A DNA stretch of 64,000 bases from an uncultured Gammaproteobacteria bacterium (GTDB taxonomy: Bacteria > Patescibacteriota > Patescibacteriia > S139-126). Position numbers and translations under genes: made by a program. Positions 38,319 through 47,720 of this stretch are shown piece by piece (the first letter of the stretch is position 1; every line of letters begins with the position of its first letter). Location: contig CAZUKA010000001.1 in the NCBI GenBank assembly GCA_964620905.1, positions 369,107 to 433,106 of the forward strand. Direction: 5' to 3'. A model generated the notes under the pieces. The model was not told where the DNA came from and ran no database searches. It saw only the letters and a list, made by a program, of their open reading frames with translations.

Positions 38319-39085
38319 CTGATTATTTTATCTCCCCATAGTAGAGCAATAAAAGCACCAATAGTCAAAAAAGTACCAAACGGAATCTGTGCGCCCCAAC
38401 GTTTCTTTTTTAATAATACCATACCTAGACCAAATATCGCACCAATCACATAAGCCAACATCAGACCAGCCAAAATATCAGGCCAACCTAAAATAAACCC
38501 CAGCAGTGCCCCCAGGCGAATATCACCGCCGCCAATCCATTTGCCTTTTGATACTAAAAACTGCAACAAAAAAAACCCACCTCCCACCGCAGCAGCCAAT
38601 AAAATATTTAAAAAATTTGCCAGAGAAAAATCAACTATCATTTGCCACAAAACAGCAACCAGCATTGCGGGAAAGGTGATAATATCCAAAATCAAAAAAT
38701 ATTTCAGATCATACAAAAATATGATAACCAAAAAAACCGTCAGTACATAAAACCCGGATAAAAAAACAACTTCCACAAAATTTGGCGGCAAAATAGTTTG
38801 ACTAGATAAAACTTGCGTCTGATAAATCAATAAAAATAAAGCCCCACAAATAATCTCAACTATCGGATATTGCCAGGAAATTCTTTTATGGCACCGACGG
38901 CAGCGGCCGCGCAAAAAAATAAAACTTAGAATCGGTATCAACTCATACCAAGCTAAATTGCGCTGGCACAGCGGACAGTGGGAACGAGCGGAAATAAAGT
39001 TCAATTTATGATGCAAGCGATAAACCAAGGCATTGATAAAACTGCCCAAAGCTGCACCGATAATAAAAATAAAAAGCTTAATCAT
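38297..39085 (-). CDS. pilD: Prepilin peptidase (A24 family).
   Basis: The N-terminal CPLC...CRRC zinc motif, multiple TMs and a GGGDIRLG region are present. Confidence 0.88.
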   Translation of the reverse strand: MIKLFIFIIGAALGSFINALVYRLHHKLNFISARSHCPLCQRNLAWYELIPILSFIFLRGRCRRCHKRISWQYPIVEIICGALFLLIYQTQVLSSQTILPPNFVEVVFLSGFYVLTVFLVIIFLYDLKYFLILDIITFPAMLVAVLWQMIVDFSLANFLNILLAAAVGGGFFLLQFLVSKGKWIGGGDIRLGALLGFILGWPDILAGLMLAYVIGAIFGLGMVLLKKKRWGAQIPFGTFLTIGAFIALLWGDKIISWYLGRL

Positions 39086-39175
39086 TGTATATATTATATC
39101 ATTTTAAGGAGTATAAATAAAAATCTTCCCTTTCAAGGGGAAGATTTTTAAAATAGAAATCAACTTTATAATATA

Positions 39176-39649
39176 TTACCATGCACCACAAGCAGTAGAA
39201 GAAATACCTGAAGGTGTGGCACATTTTTCACCGCCCGTTAATTCACCTGTAGTTCCACCTAAACAAAAAGCTAACCTATAAGATGCACATGGTGCAGCAG
39301 CACATGCAGCGCCGGTTGCACTTGCAGATCTGTATCTATAAGCATTATTTGCAGCAGTACAAGTTGTTCCGTCTGCTGGTGTGGGAGCAGTAGGCATAGC
39401 TTGCATATAAGTAGCCATCGATCCGGCGATACCAGTAACTGCCGCTAAAGGATCTTGTACGGGATATCCACCTTGTTCATTATAATAAAGCTCGAACGCT
39501 GTTTGCATTTGCTTTACATCAGCAACGCGCTTAGCGTCACGCGATCTGGATCTGGCATTGTTCAATGAAACTACCGCTAAAGTAGAAAGTAAACCAATGA
39601 TAGCAATTACCACCAAAAGTTCAATTAAAGTAAAACCTTTTTTATTCAT
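39176..39649 (-). CDS. pilA: Type IVa major pilin. The probable start is the ATG at 39649 (MNKKGFTLIELL...); the track ORF extends to a GTG at 39691.
   Basis: Class III signal peptide plus FTLIELLVVIAIIGLL. A strong SD (aaaggaggtg) lies 7 nt upstream of ATG 39649. The Cys-rich C-terminal domain is encoded by GC-rich DNA. Confidence 0.85.
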   Translation of the reverse strand: MNKKGFTLIELLVVIAIIGLLSTLAVVSLNNARSRSRDAKRVADVKQMQTAFELYYNEQGGYPVQDPLAAVTGIAGSMATYMQAMPTAPTPADGTTCTAANNAYRYRSASATGAACAAAPCASYRLAFCLGGTTGELTGGEKCATPSGISSTACGAW

Positions 39650-39860
39650 AGTTTCACCTCCTTTCAGAAGGGAAAAAATAGTTTTTGCCACAGGACAAGC
39701 CGCGGTGACAAAAACGATTTTTTATAAAGATTTGTTAAATTTTTTATATTTTTATTGCTAAAACAGATCGACCTTTAACAATAAATTAATTATAGCATAT
39801 TTTTCAAAAAACCACAAGCTTAAATAAAATCTTTACAACTAGCTACTACATAAATAATTA

Positions 39861-41066
39861 TTAAAAACTACTAGCCAGCTGATACATGGGTAGTATAATA
39901 GCCGCTACCATCAGCCCCACGCCTACACCCATCAGCACCATAATCAATGGTTCTATTAGACTTACCATATTGGCTACCAAATTTTCAATTTCCCGAGCAT
40001 AAAAATCAGTAATTTTTGTTAAAATTTGCTCAAGTCTACCGGTTTGTTCTCCCACTGACATCATTTGCGATACTAAAGGAGGAACTTCCGGACTTTTCAA
40101 AAACAGCGAAGCTACACTATTGCCATCCTCTACTTCTTTGATAGTTTTTTTTATCAAATCTTTATACAAATCATTGCCCACTACATCAGCCGTTACTTCC
40201 AGTGCGGCCGTCAAAGGCACGCCACCCACGATTAAAGTAGAAAGTGATCTGGTTAGACGTACCAGATATATCCGTTGCCACAATTTGCCAAACACCGGAA
40301 TTTTTAGTTTCAGCCGGTCATAGTAAATCTTAGCTGGTCCTCGCCTAGTCAGACGGAACAGAGTATACCCACCACCGCCAACCAAAAAAAGCAAAATATA
40401 CCAATAGTGGCGCATAAAATTTGATACCATAATCAAAATTCGCGTCGCAATTGGCAACTCTGCACCTGATTCAGAAATAATAGCTGTGAGTTTTGGCACC
40501 ACAAACACCATCATCACAATCGCCACAATCGTCAAACCGACCAAAATAAACACCGGATAAATCATAGCGCCTTTTATTTTGGAAGTAAGATCATAATCTT
40601 TTTCCTGCTGATCAGCTAAATAGTTCAACACTTCGTCCAACTTACCACTAGTTTCGCCGGATCTAAGCATCGCTACATAAAAATCAGAAAAAGTTTTATG
40701 GTACCGTCCCAAAGCTTGAGACAATTTAGCTCCACCGTCAACTTCATCAGCCACTTCAGAAATAATAACTTTCAAACGTTTATTGTCTGTTTGATTTACC
40801 AAAATTTTCAACGCCTGCACAATCGGCACGGAAGCGGAGGCCATCACCGCCAGCTGGCGCGAAAAAACCACAATATCTTTATTTTTTATCCGATTTAAAA
40901 AAGGCAAATCAAAATTCAAAGACAATTTTTCTTTTTCTTCCAAAGACAAAATAATCAAACCCCGATCAACCAAAATTGACGAGGCGACGTTTTCGGACGG
41001 TGCTTCCACTGATCCTTGCATAACTTCACCGCGGGCATTGCGAGCACGGTATTGGAAAAATGCCAT
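39861..41066 (-). CDS. pilC: Type IV pilus assembly platform protein (GspF family).
   Basis: Two T2SS-F domains and three TM segments. Confidence 0.88.
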   Translation of the reverse strand: MAFFQYRARNARGEVMQGSVEAPSENVASSILVDRGLIILSLEEKEKLSLNFDLPFLNRIKNKDIVVFSRQLAVMASASVPIVQALKILVNQTDNKRLKVIISEVADEVDGGAKLSQALGRYHKTFSDFYVAMLRSGETSGKLDEVLNYLADQQEKDYDLTSKIKGAMIYPVFILVGLTIVAIVMMVFVVPKLTAIISESGAELPIATRILIMVSNFMRHYWYILLFLVGGGGYTLFRLTRRGPAKIYYDRLKLKIPVFGKLWQRIYLVRLTRSLSTLIVGGVPLTAALEVTADVVGNDLYKDLIKKTIKEVEDGNSVASLFLKSPEVPPLVSQMMSVGEQTGRLEQILTKITDFYAREIENLVANMVSLIEPLIMVLMGVGVGLMVAAIILPMYQLASSF

Positions 41067-41072
41067 AAAAAT

Positions 41073-42143
41073 TTATGATCTTAAGATTCTTTTTAAATTT
41101 TCCGGGTCATTCACTTCCTGCAAGGCAATAGTCGGATCAATTTGCCCGGACCTGACTAGTTCGGCAATATACCGATCCATAGAAATCATTCCTTGTTCGC
41201 GCGAAGACAATAAAATACTGGATAGCTGGGCCAATTTATTTTCCTTGATTGATGAAGCTATCAAAGAGCTGCCAAACACTATTTCCATCGCTAGCACCAA
41301 CCCTCCACCCAAACGAGGTAATAATTTTTGTATGATTGCTCCCCTAAATACTTTTGATAATAAATAACGAGCATGCTCCCGAGTATCTTCTGGACAAGTA
41401 TCAATTACGCTATGCAACAACTGACCAATGCTATTTCCTTCCAGAGGCATAAATACCAACACACCACTGTTGGCAATCTCCAACAATCGATACATTATCC
41501 GCGGACTATTGACCCGTGTCACCATCATCACATCAACATCCTCTTCTCTGATCTCCAAAGCTTCCAGCCAGGATTCAGCATCACCACCAATATCTTTTTG
41601 TTGAATTAAACTTTTATTGCCAATCAGAACATGCTCTATGGGTTGTTCTAGAGTGAGAATATTTCTGCTTTGTGACCGATTGATCGTCTCGATAAAACCA
41701 ACCATGGTAGTGGTCTTACCCGCCCGATAAGGGCCACCAATCAGCACCAAACCACTACGTTCGTGGGTTAAATTTTCTACTGCTTTGGGAAAACCAAGTT
41801 CAGCTAAAGTTTTAACAATCACCGGTATATAGTGAAAAACTATTGAAGGAAAACTTTTTTGAAAAAATATATCTACCCGAAAACGTGCCCGATCGCCAAA
41901 ATCATAAGCAAAAATAATTTCTTTTCGACTACCTAAAATTTGTTTTTGTTCAGGACTAAGTAAGATATCAATTACTCCTTGAATAAAGTCATTGGTAATC
42001 ACTTCTTCATCCGACATCTCCACCAACTCTTCGTATAATCTCATCATTGGTCGCGTACCAACCACCAAATGCAAATCCGAGCCGTGACGTTCAGCTACCA
42101 CCGTCAAGATGCGATTTAGTGTAATATTGAGTGTAGTTTGCAT
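41073..42143 (-). CDS. pilT: PilT-like pilus retraction ATPase (divergent Walker A).
   Basis: The N-terminal HGSDLHLVVGTRPMMR and the P-loop GGPYRAGKTTT, with PilT-like length. Confidence 0.75.
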   Translation of the reverse strand: MQTTLNITLNRILTVVAERHGSDLHLVVGTRPMMRLYEELVEMSDEEVITNDFIQGVIDILLSPEQKQILGSRKEIIFAYDFGDRARFRVDIFFQKSFPSIVFHYIPVIVKTLAELGFPKAVENLTHERSGLVLIGGPYRAGKTTTMVGFIETINRSQSRNILTLEQPIEHVLIGNKSLIQQKDIGGDAESWLEALEIREEDVDVMMVTRVNSPRIMYRLLEIANSGVLVFMPLEGNSIGQLLHSVIDTCPEDTREHARYLLSKVFRGAIIQKLLPRLGGGLVLAMEIVFGSSLIASSIKENKLAQLSSILLSSREQGMISMDRYIAELVRSGQIDPTIALQEVNDPENLKRILRS

Positions 42144-42520
42144 TATTGCTTTTGTAATAATTTTTTTAAACTGTCCACTAATTCATCAGGGTCGGTATTG
42201 ATTTTGACAAAATAAGCCCGCACCAAATCCGGGATCGGCTCGTTTTCTTCGGCAGTAGCCCGATCATAATTTGACAGCACTACACACAGTGGTTGGGGTT
42301 CGGGCGATTCGGCTACCAAGCGCAACAAATCCCAACCAGAAAGTTCGGGAATATTGAGATCTACCACCGCTGCTTGGGGATGATATTTTTCAATTGTTCG
42401 CCAGGCTGACAGACCATCGCGCGCCGAATAAACCATAAAACCTTTGTCACTAAACTTTCGCGCATACAAAGACAATAAATATTGATCATCCTCCACAATT
42501 AAAACTGATTGCTTGTCCAT
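42143..42520 (-). CDS. Single-domain response regulator (CheY/PilH-like receiver).
   Basis: VLIVEDD...VVDLNIP...K is the REC pattern. It is embedded in the pil operon. Confidence 0.75.
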   Translation of the reverse strand: MDKQSVLIVEDDQYLLSLYARKFSDKGFMVYSARDGLSAWRTIEKYHPQAAVVDLNIPELSGWDLLRLVAESPEPQPLCVVLSNYDRATAEENEPIPDLVRAYFVKINTDPDELVDSLKKLLQKQ

Positions 42521-42524
42521 GGTT

Positions 42525-44285
42525 TTATTCTTTAGTCACTCTTAAAATTTCTTCCATGGTGGTTTTACCTTGCAAAACTTTGATAATGCCATCTTGTTGC
42601 ATATTTGGAAGTCCTTGTTCAATAAAGATGCGCTCAATTTCGTCCAATTTATTGTTTTCCAACATCTTTTTTAAATCATCATTCATGGACAACACTTCTA
42701 CCACTGCCAACCGTCCTTGATAACCAGAATCACCGCAGCGCGGGCAACCGCGACCGCGATAAAATTTATACTCCTCACGTTGTATCATGGTTTGTAAATC
42801 CTTGGCTAAATGTTCTGGTTTTACATCCACGATCGTCTTTTTTACCTGATCAATCAATTTTTCCGGAATATCACTTATCTCCTCTTTACAAAATTCACAT
42901 ATCTTTCTAACTAAGCGCTGAGCGATTACTACGTTGAGTGTGGAACCAAGCAAAAACGGTTCTACATGCATATCTATCAACCGCGGTATAGCGCCAATCG
43001 CATCATTGGTATGCAACGTGGACAATACCATATGTCCGGTCAAAGCGGCGTGGATGGCCAGTTCTGCAGTTTCATTGTCCCGTATCTCACCCACCATAAC
43101 AATATCAGGATCTTGACGTAAAGCAGCCCGCAGACCGTTGGCAAAACCATAACCAACTTCCGTGTTGACTTGCGACTGATTGATACCATCTAAATAATAC
43201 TCAATCGGATCTTCCAGAGTTAAAATATTTACTCCTTCTTTATTTAATAAATTTAATGCTGCATAAAGAGTAGTTGATTTACCGCTACCGGTAGGGCCAG
43301 TTACCAAAAACATACCAGTGGATTTTTCTATATTTTCATATAAAATCTCCAGTCCTTTGCCCCAAAAGCCAAGTTCTTCCAGAGTAATTATCTTATTGGT
43401 TACATCCAAAATACGCAGTACCACTTTTTCTGCATTGAACAAAGGTAAAAAAGAAATACGTAAATCCACTTTTTTATTGCCTATTTGTACTCTGATACGT
43501 CCATCTTGTGGTATTCTAGTTTCATCAATTTTCAAATTGGATATCACCTTCAACCGGGTAATCAAAGAATTATGCAAATGTTTTGGTAACCGCAACGAAG
43601 TGTGTAAAATACCGTCAATCCGGTACCTAACGCGAGTGCTATCTTCAGCTGGTTCAATATGTATATCAGAAGCATTACCTTCAACGGCGTGTTTTAAAAT
43701 GGATTCCACCATTTTGGAAACCGGGGCGGATTTGATAACTTCCTCAAAATCTTTTTCCTCTTCTTCTTCTTTTTCTTCGGCTTTTTTCTTTTGATACAAA
43801 TCCTCGACAATATCCAAGGCTTTTTTTACTTCGGTTTTTAGAGATTCGTATTGTTTGATAGTATGATCAAAAGCGTTTTTGGTAATGACATAATATTCCA
43901 CCCGATAATTATTTTTACGGGCTAAAAATTCCAAAGCTTCAATAGCTTTAAAATCACCTGGATCAACGATGCCCACTTTCAAGTGTTCGGTTTTTTTATC
44001 ATAAGCAAATGGCACCACCAAATAATTCTCCGCCAAATCTTTGGGTATCAAATTTAAGATATCATTGGCTACTCGCTGGCTATAAAGATCAAAATAAGGC
44101 AAATTGAAAAATTCTCCTTGGGCCTTGGCAATTGCCTCTTCACTAACACCCAAAGATTTAGCCGCTTGCTCAAAATCAACCCCTTGAGCCATTTGGTTTT
44201 TTAAATCAACCAGCTGCTTTTCTTTAAGCTGATTGTTTTTGGCTAAAATTTCTATTAGATTTTCAGAAAATCTGGCTGAAGACAT
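42525..44285 (-). CDS. pilB: Type IV pilus assembly ATPase (GspE family).
   Basis: Walker A VTGPTGSGKSTT. C-terminal CPRCGDSG zinc motif. N-terminal GSPII-like domain. Confidence 0.9.
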   Translation of the reverse strand: MSSARFSENLIEILAKNNQLKEKQLVDLKNQMAQGVDFEQAAKSLGVSEEAIAKAQGEFFNLPYFDLYSQRVANDILNLIPKDLAENYLVVPFAYDKKTEHLKVGIVDPGDFKAIEALEFLARKNNYRVEYYVITKNAFDHTIKQYESLKTEVKKALDIVEDLYQKKKAEEKEEEEEKDFEEVIKSAPVSKMVESILKHAVEGNASDIHIEPAEDSTRVRYRIDGILHTSLRLPKHLHNSLITRLKVISNLKIDETRIPQDGRIRVQIGNKKVDLRISFLPLFNAEKVVLRILDVTNKIITLEELGFWGKGLEILYENIEKSTGMFLVTGPTGSGKSTTLYAALNLLNKEGVNILTLEDPIEYYLDGINQSQVNTEVGYGFANGLRAALRQDPDIVMVGEIRDNETAELAIHAALTGHMVLSTLHTNDAIGAIPRLIDMHVEPFLLGSTLNVVIAQRLVRKICEFCKEEISDIPEKLIDQVKKTIVDVKPEHLAKDLQTMIQREEYKFYRGRGCPRCGDSGYQGRLAVVEVLSMNDDLKKMLENNKLDEIERIFIEQGLPNMQQDGIIKVLQGKTTMEEILRVTKE

Positions 44286-44291
44286 AAAAAA

Positions 44292-44585
44292 TTATTGTAT
44301 AGGTACAAAGGGATTATCTCTACCTTTGGCATCTAAATTTGGCTGATATTGGCTATCATTTTTCAATTCAGAAAAACGAAGATCTTGATCTAAACTTTGT
44401 TCAAAAATTTGTTTGCTAGGAAGTTTTTGCGTCTCAATCTGACTTGACGGTTGAGTACTTAAAGAAAAAATTTGAGTCAGATTGGCACCGTCTTTCTTCG
44501 GTCCCCACAGTACCCAAAAAGTAATAGCCGCAACTACTATCAGGATAGAAAATAAAATAATATTTTTCTTTTTTTGTTTACTCAT
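44292..44585 (-). CDS. Small TM-anchored protein in the pil operon (PilP-like?).
   Basis: ORF with an N-terminal TM, overlapping pilO by 8 nt. Confidence 0.35.
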   Translation of the reverse strand: MSKQKKKNIILFSILIVVAAITFWVLWGPKKDGANLTQIFSLSTQPSSQIETQKLPSKQIFEQSLDQDLRFSELKNDSQYQPNLDAKGRDNPFVPIQ

Positions 44586-45201
44586 TGTTTTCTAAATAAT
44601 ATGTTCTGGCATTGAAAGAAAAATTGGTTAAAGAAGGTGTAAAGATAATATACTGAATATCAAACAATCTGACATTTTGCTGAATCGCTTTGACTAGTTG
44701 TTTGAAGTAACTATAATTATCAACCTCCGTCTTACCCAAAAAAGTTGCCGCCACATCAACAACTTTTAAATTTTTTGGGGTGGTAATTCCTTCAGTCACA
44801 AGTAAAGTGGTCAGGTCGCGATCGCCAACATCATTGGCAGTGACATTCATTAGAACAGTATTATTTAATTTGGCTAAACCAGAAAGATGAGTAAAAAGAA
44901 TCGGTGCCTCATTGGCCGAGGGTAAAAGTTCATTGATTTTCTTAAAATGACTAGCGGGTAAATTTTTGTAATCAGCAATCAAATCATTCAACTGATTTAA
45001 CTTTTCCTGGCGTGTTTTTAAAGCTTCTTGGTGATAAGCCAAAGTCAACTCTGGATTGTTTTTGTGGCTATTCCACTTTGGCCACAATACAAAGACAAAA
45101 CCAACCGTTATTAAAACCACTACCAACAAAACCCCAAGATAAACAATATAACGGGATATAAATTTCATGAATAAATTATTTTTTTTCTTTTCTATGGGCA
45201 T
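44578..45201 (-). CDS. PilO-like pilus assembly protein.
   Basis: A single TM followed by a coiled region, in a pilM-N-O context. Confidence 0.5.
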   Translation of the reverse strand: MPIEKKKNNLFMKFISRYIVYLGVLLVVVLITVGFVFVLWPKWNSHKNNPELTLAYHQEALKTRQEKLNQLNDLIADYKNLPASHFKKINELLPSANEAPILFTHLSGLAKLNNTVLMNVTANDVGDRDLTTLLVTEGITTPKNLKVVDVAATFLGKTEVDNYSYFKQLVKAIQQNVRLFDIQYIIFTPSLTNFSFNARTYYLENNE

Positions 45202-45203
45202 AT

Positions 45204-46463
45204 TTATTCAGTACGATAAAAAATTGAAGTATCAAGTTGCAAATTGATCTGGGTACTCACTGACATGTTTTGATAATTTTCTAATAGCAATTGACGCAAA
45301 TCAAGTGTACTGCCCGCTGGAGTGTCGGGATTGACTGTGGGGGGTTGACTGTCAGGAGTTTGGGCGGGTTCATAACTACTCGTTGATAAAGAAGCACTGT
45401 TGATTTCTACTTTTTTTACCTCGGGTGAATTTTTGAAAATTTCATACTGATTGGCCAGTGCTTCATAGCTTTGAGCTTGCAGATTTATATTTACCAAACC
45501 ATTTTTATCAGCTGACACATCAATATAATAAACATCATCAGCAACATTGTTTTCCAACCATGTAAAAAATTTATCCCAATAAATATGTGAACTCAACAAC
45601 AATTTAATATTGTCATAAGTTTGCTGATATTTAATCAAATTTTTCAAGTCATCAGATTTGGCAATAAATTCAGTCTCGGCTGTTTGTATTTCCTGTTTGA
45701 TAGTTTGAATCTTTTTGGCTTCTTGTAAATGAATAAATTCTATGACAACATAACCGGCCGCCAACAAAATCACACTAAATAATACCGAATAAACCAAAGT
45801 GATAACAATTTTTTTTCGATTGACCGGTGAAATCATTTCCTCTGGAATCAAATTCACTCCATACTGATCACTATCGAAATCATCTCCCTGACCTAAGCGT
45901 AAACCCTTTTGCAACTGCTGGTCTATTTTTTCCAAAACGCTTAGTGGTTTAGTGGCTCCACTCCGAACTGACAAAGGTGAAGATGAGTGGGTAGATGTAA
46001 TCCTCTCTGGCGTCTCCTGTTTAGGTGCTAGTTTTGCCTGTGGTTGAGTAGATGAAATTGGCTGGCGGGATCTTTGCGCAGCGGCTGGCTGGCTGATGGC
46101 CGGCGGTTTGGTTTTTTCTTGATAAACCGAAGTAGTAATATCGCTAGTTTTTTTGCCAGCTGACAATTGTCCAATATCTTGAGCATAAAGTTTTTGCAGA
46201 GGTGTTATTTGACCGGATTTTTTTCCAACATCGCCAGTAGAACTGGTCCAACGACGAAAACCTAAACTACCCAAAATTTTTGCCCACCAAGGTATGGTTT
46301 GATAAGCGCTCGCCTGCTCCAATTTAGTGGGAGTGGTATAACGAGGATTTGCTACTTCGTCTTTGTTGATCGTAGACAAATTTTCTTTGCGCCTCATCTT
46401 TTCGGGCAACAAATTTATGTCCTTGTCTTGATTATTGTTTGATTGTGTTTTATCTTCAAACAT
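45204..46463 (-). CDS. PilN-like pilus assembly protein with a ~200-aa low-complexity N-terminal extension.
   Basis: The TM IVITLVYSVLFSVILLAAGYVVI plus a coiled-coil, in a pilM-N-O context. Confidence 0.55.
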   Translation of the reverse strand: MFEDKTQSNNNQDKDINLLPEKMRRKENLSTINKDEVANPRYTTPTKLEQASAYQTIPWWAKILGSLGFRRWTSSTGDVGKKSGQITPLQKLYAQDIGQLSAGKKTSDITTSVYQEKTKPPAISQPAAAQRSRQPISSTQPQAKLAPKQETPERITSTHSSSPLSVRSGATKPLSVLEKIDQQLQKGLRLGQGDDFDSDQYGVNLIPEEMISPVNRKKIVITLVYSVLFSVILLAAGYVVIEFIHLQEAKKIQTIKQEIQTAETEFIAKSDDLKNLIKYQQTYDNIKLLLSSHIYWDKFFTWLENNVADDVYYIDVSADKNGLVNINLQAQSYEALANQYEIFKNSPEVKKVEINSASLSTSSYEPAQTPDSQPPTVNPDTPAGSTLDLRQLLLENYQNMSVSTQINLQLDTSIFYRTE

Positions 46464-46468
46464 AAAAA

Positions 46469-47665
46469 TTAATCAATATCGCGCATTGCCAATCCAGTGG
46501 CGACTGCTAGTCTAGAACCAACTTCTTCCAGCACCATTTTCAAATCCTCGGGATAAGCTACTCGAAACCACGGATCACCCACAAAAACATTCAGATTTAG
46601 TACTTGTGATAAATAGTCCGTCAAATTTGGCAAAAAAGCACTACCACCAACTAAAATAGCTTTTTCTACATTTAGTGAAGTTTGACTTTGATACAAATTA
46701 AGTGAGTATTTAACTTCATTGATCACCGGATTTAGAGTTCGTTCAATTACTTTGGGAATGCCACTAGCGGCATTATTTTGCACCACACCAATATCACGTT
46801 TAAATTGTTCGGCGCGCCTTCGATCTATATTCAAACTGGTAGCAATTGCTTGCGTGAGAGTCGCACCGCCAATATCCAAACTCCGATTCAAAATCGGCAC
46901 ACCGTCTTCCACAATACTGATCGCGGTAGTCAATGAACCAATATCAATAATCATGATCGGCAATTTTGATCCAAAAAAAAGACTCCGCGCCAGAGCAAAC
47001 GACTCTGTCTCTAGACTAATCAATTTGAGATTGGCTTTTTTAAAAATTTCCAAATAACGAGCCACTAAATTTTTTGGAGCAGCAGTTATTAGTACGCGAT
47101 AATTCTGCCTTGAAGATGTTTTTTCCTTTTGGTCTAATTCATTGTCAGTTGAAGATTTTTTCTTTTCTTCATTTTTCTCTTCATTATTTTTTTCCTCCTT
47201 AGATTCATTGTCAGCTGACAATAAATCCGCTGATTCAGTAGTATTGTCTCTACTGTCGCTGGTGGTCAATTCAGGAACAGATCGCAATAATTTCCAGTCC
47301 AAAATCATCTCATCCAACGGCATCGGCACAAACTTTTTTGCTTCCCACTTAACCGCCTGGGCTAAATCGCTTTTGGGCATGGGCGGCAAAGATAGAATTG
47401 AACTAAAAACCGAAAAAGGCGGCAAAGCAGCGATCGCTAGGTTGGACGTGACATGAGATCTTTTAACAATCTCTTGCAATAAATCAGCTACTTTGTTGAT
47501 TGTTTCCGGAGCATTACTACGCACAACATCTCCACTGCTTTCCACTATCCCATAAGTCAAAAGTTTTGCCTGTCCCTTGAAATTTGCCAGTTCAACCACT
47601 TTGATACCAGCTGTACCAAGATCAACTCCCAGATAACTTTTAGTTTTTTTTGCAAATAAAGGCAT
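46469..47665 (-). CDS. pilM: Type IV pilus assembly protein PilM (actin-like ATPase) with an acidic low-complexity insert.
   Basis: SYLGVDLGTAGIKVVEL...GGSA in an actin-like fold. Confidence 0.85.
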   Translation of the reverse strand: MPLFAKKTKSYLGVDLGTAGIKVVELANFKGQAKLLTYGIVESSGDVVRSNAPETINKVADLLQEIVKRSHVTSNLAIAALPPFSVFSSILSLPPMPKSDLAQAVKWEAKKFVPMPLDEMILDWKLLRSVPELTTSDSRDNTTESADLLSADNESKEEKNNEEKNEEKKKSSTDNELDQKEKTSSRQNYRVLITAAPKNLVARYLEIFKKANLKLISLETESFALARSLFFGSKLPIMIIDIGSLTTAISIVEDGVPILNRSLDIGGATLTQAIATSLNIDRRRAEQFKRDIGVVQNNAASGIPKVIERTLNPVINEVKYSLNLYQSQTSLNVEKAILVGGSAFLPNLTDYLSQVLNLNVFVGDPWFRVAYPEDLKMVLEEVGSRLAVATGLAMRDID

Positions 47666-47720
47666 GAAATAATATGGTATTGATTGCTAAATTATACCAC
47701 ATTTTTTAATTTTTATGAAA

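Noticed and set aside
39650-39760. Sigma54 (-24/-12) promoter upstream of pilA, as in many proteobacterial pilA genes
   Set aside because: I looked for TGGCAC-N5-TTGCA in the minus-sense upstream DNA. Only a TGGCA without a correctly spaced GC is present, so there is no convincing sigma54 element.
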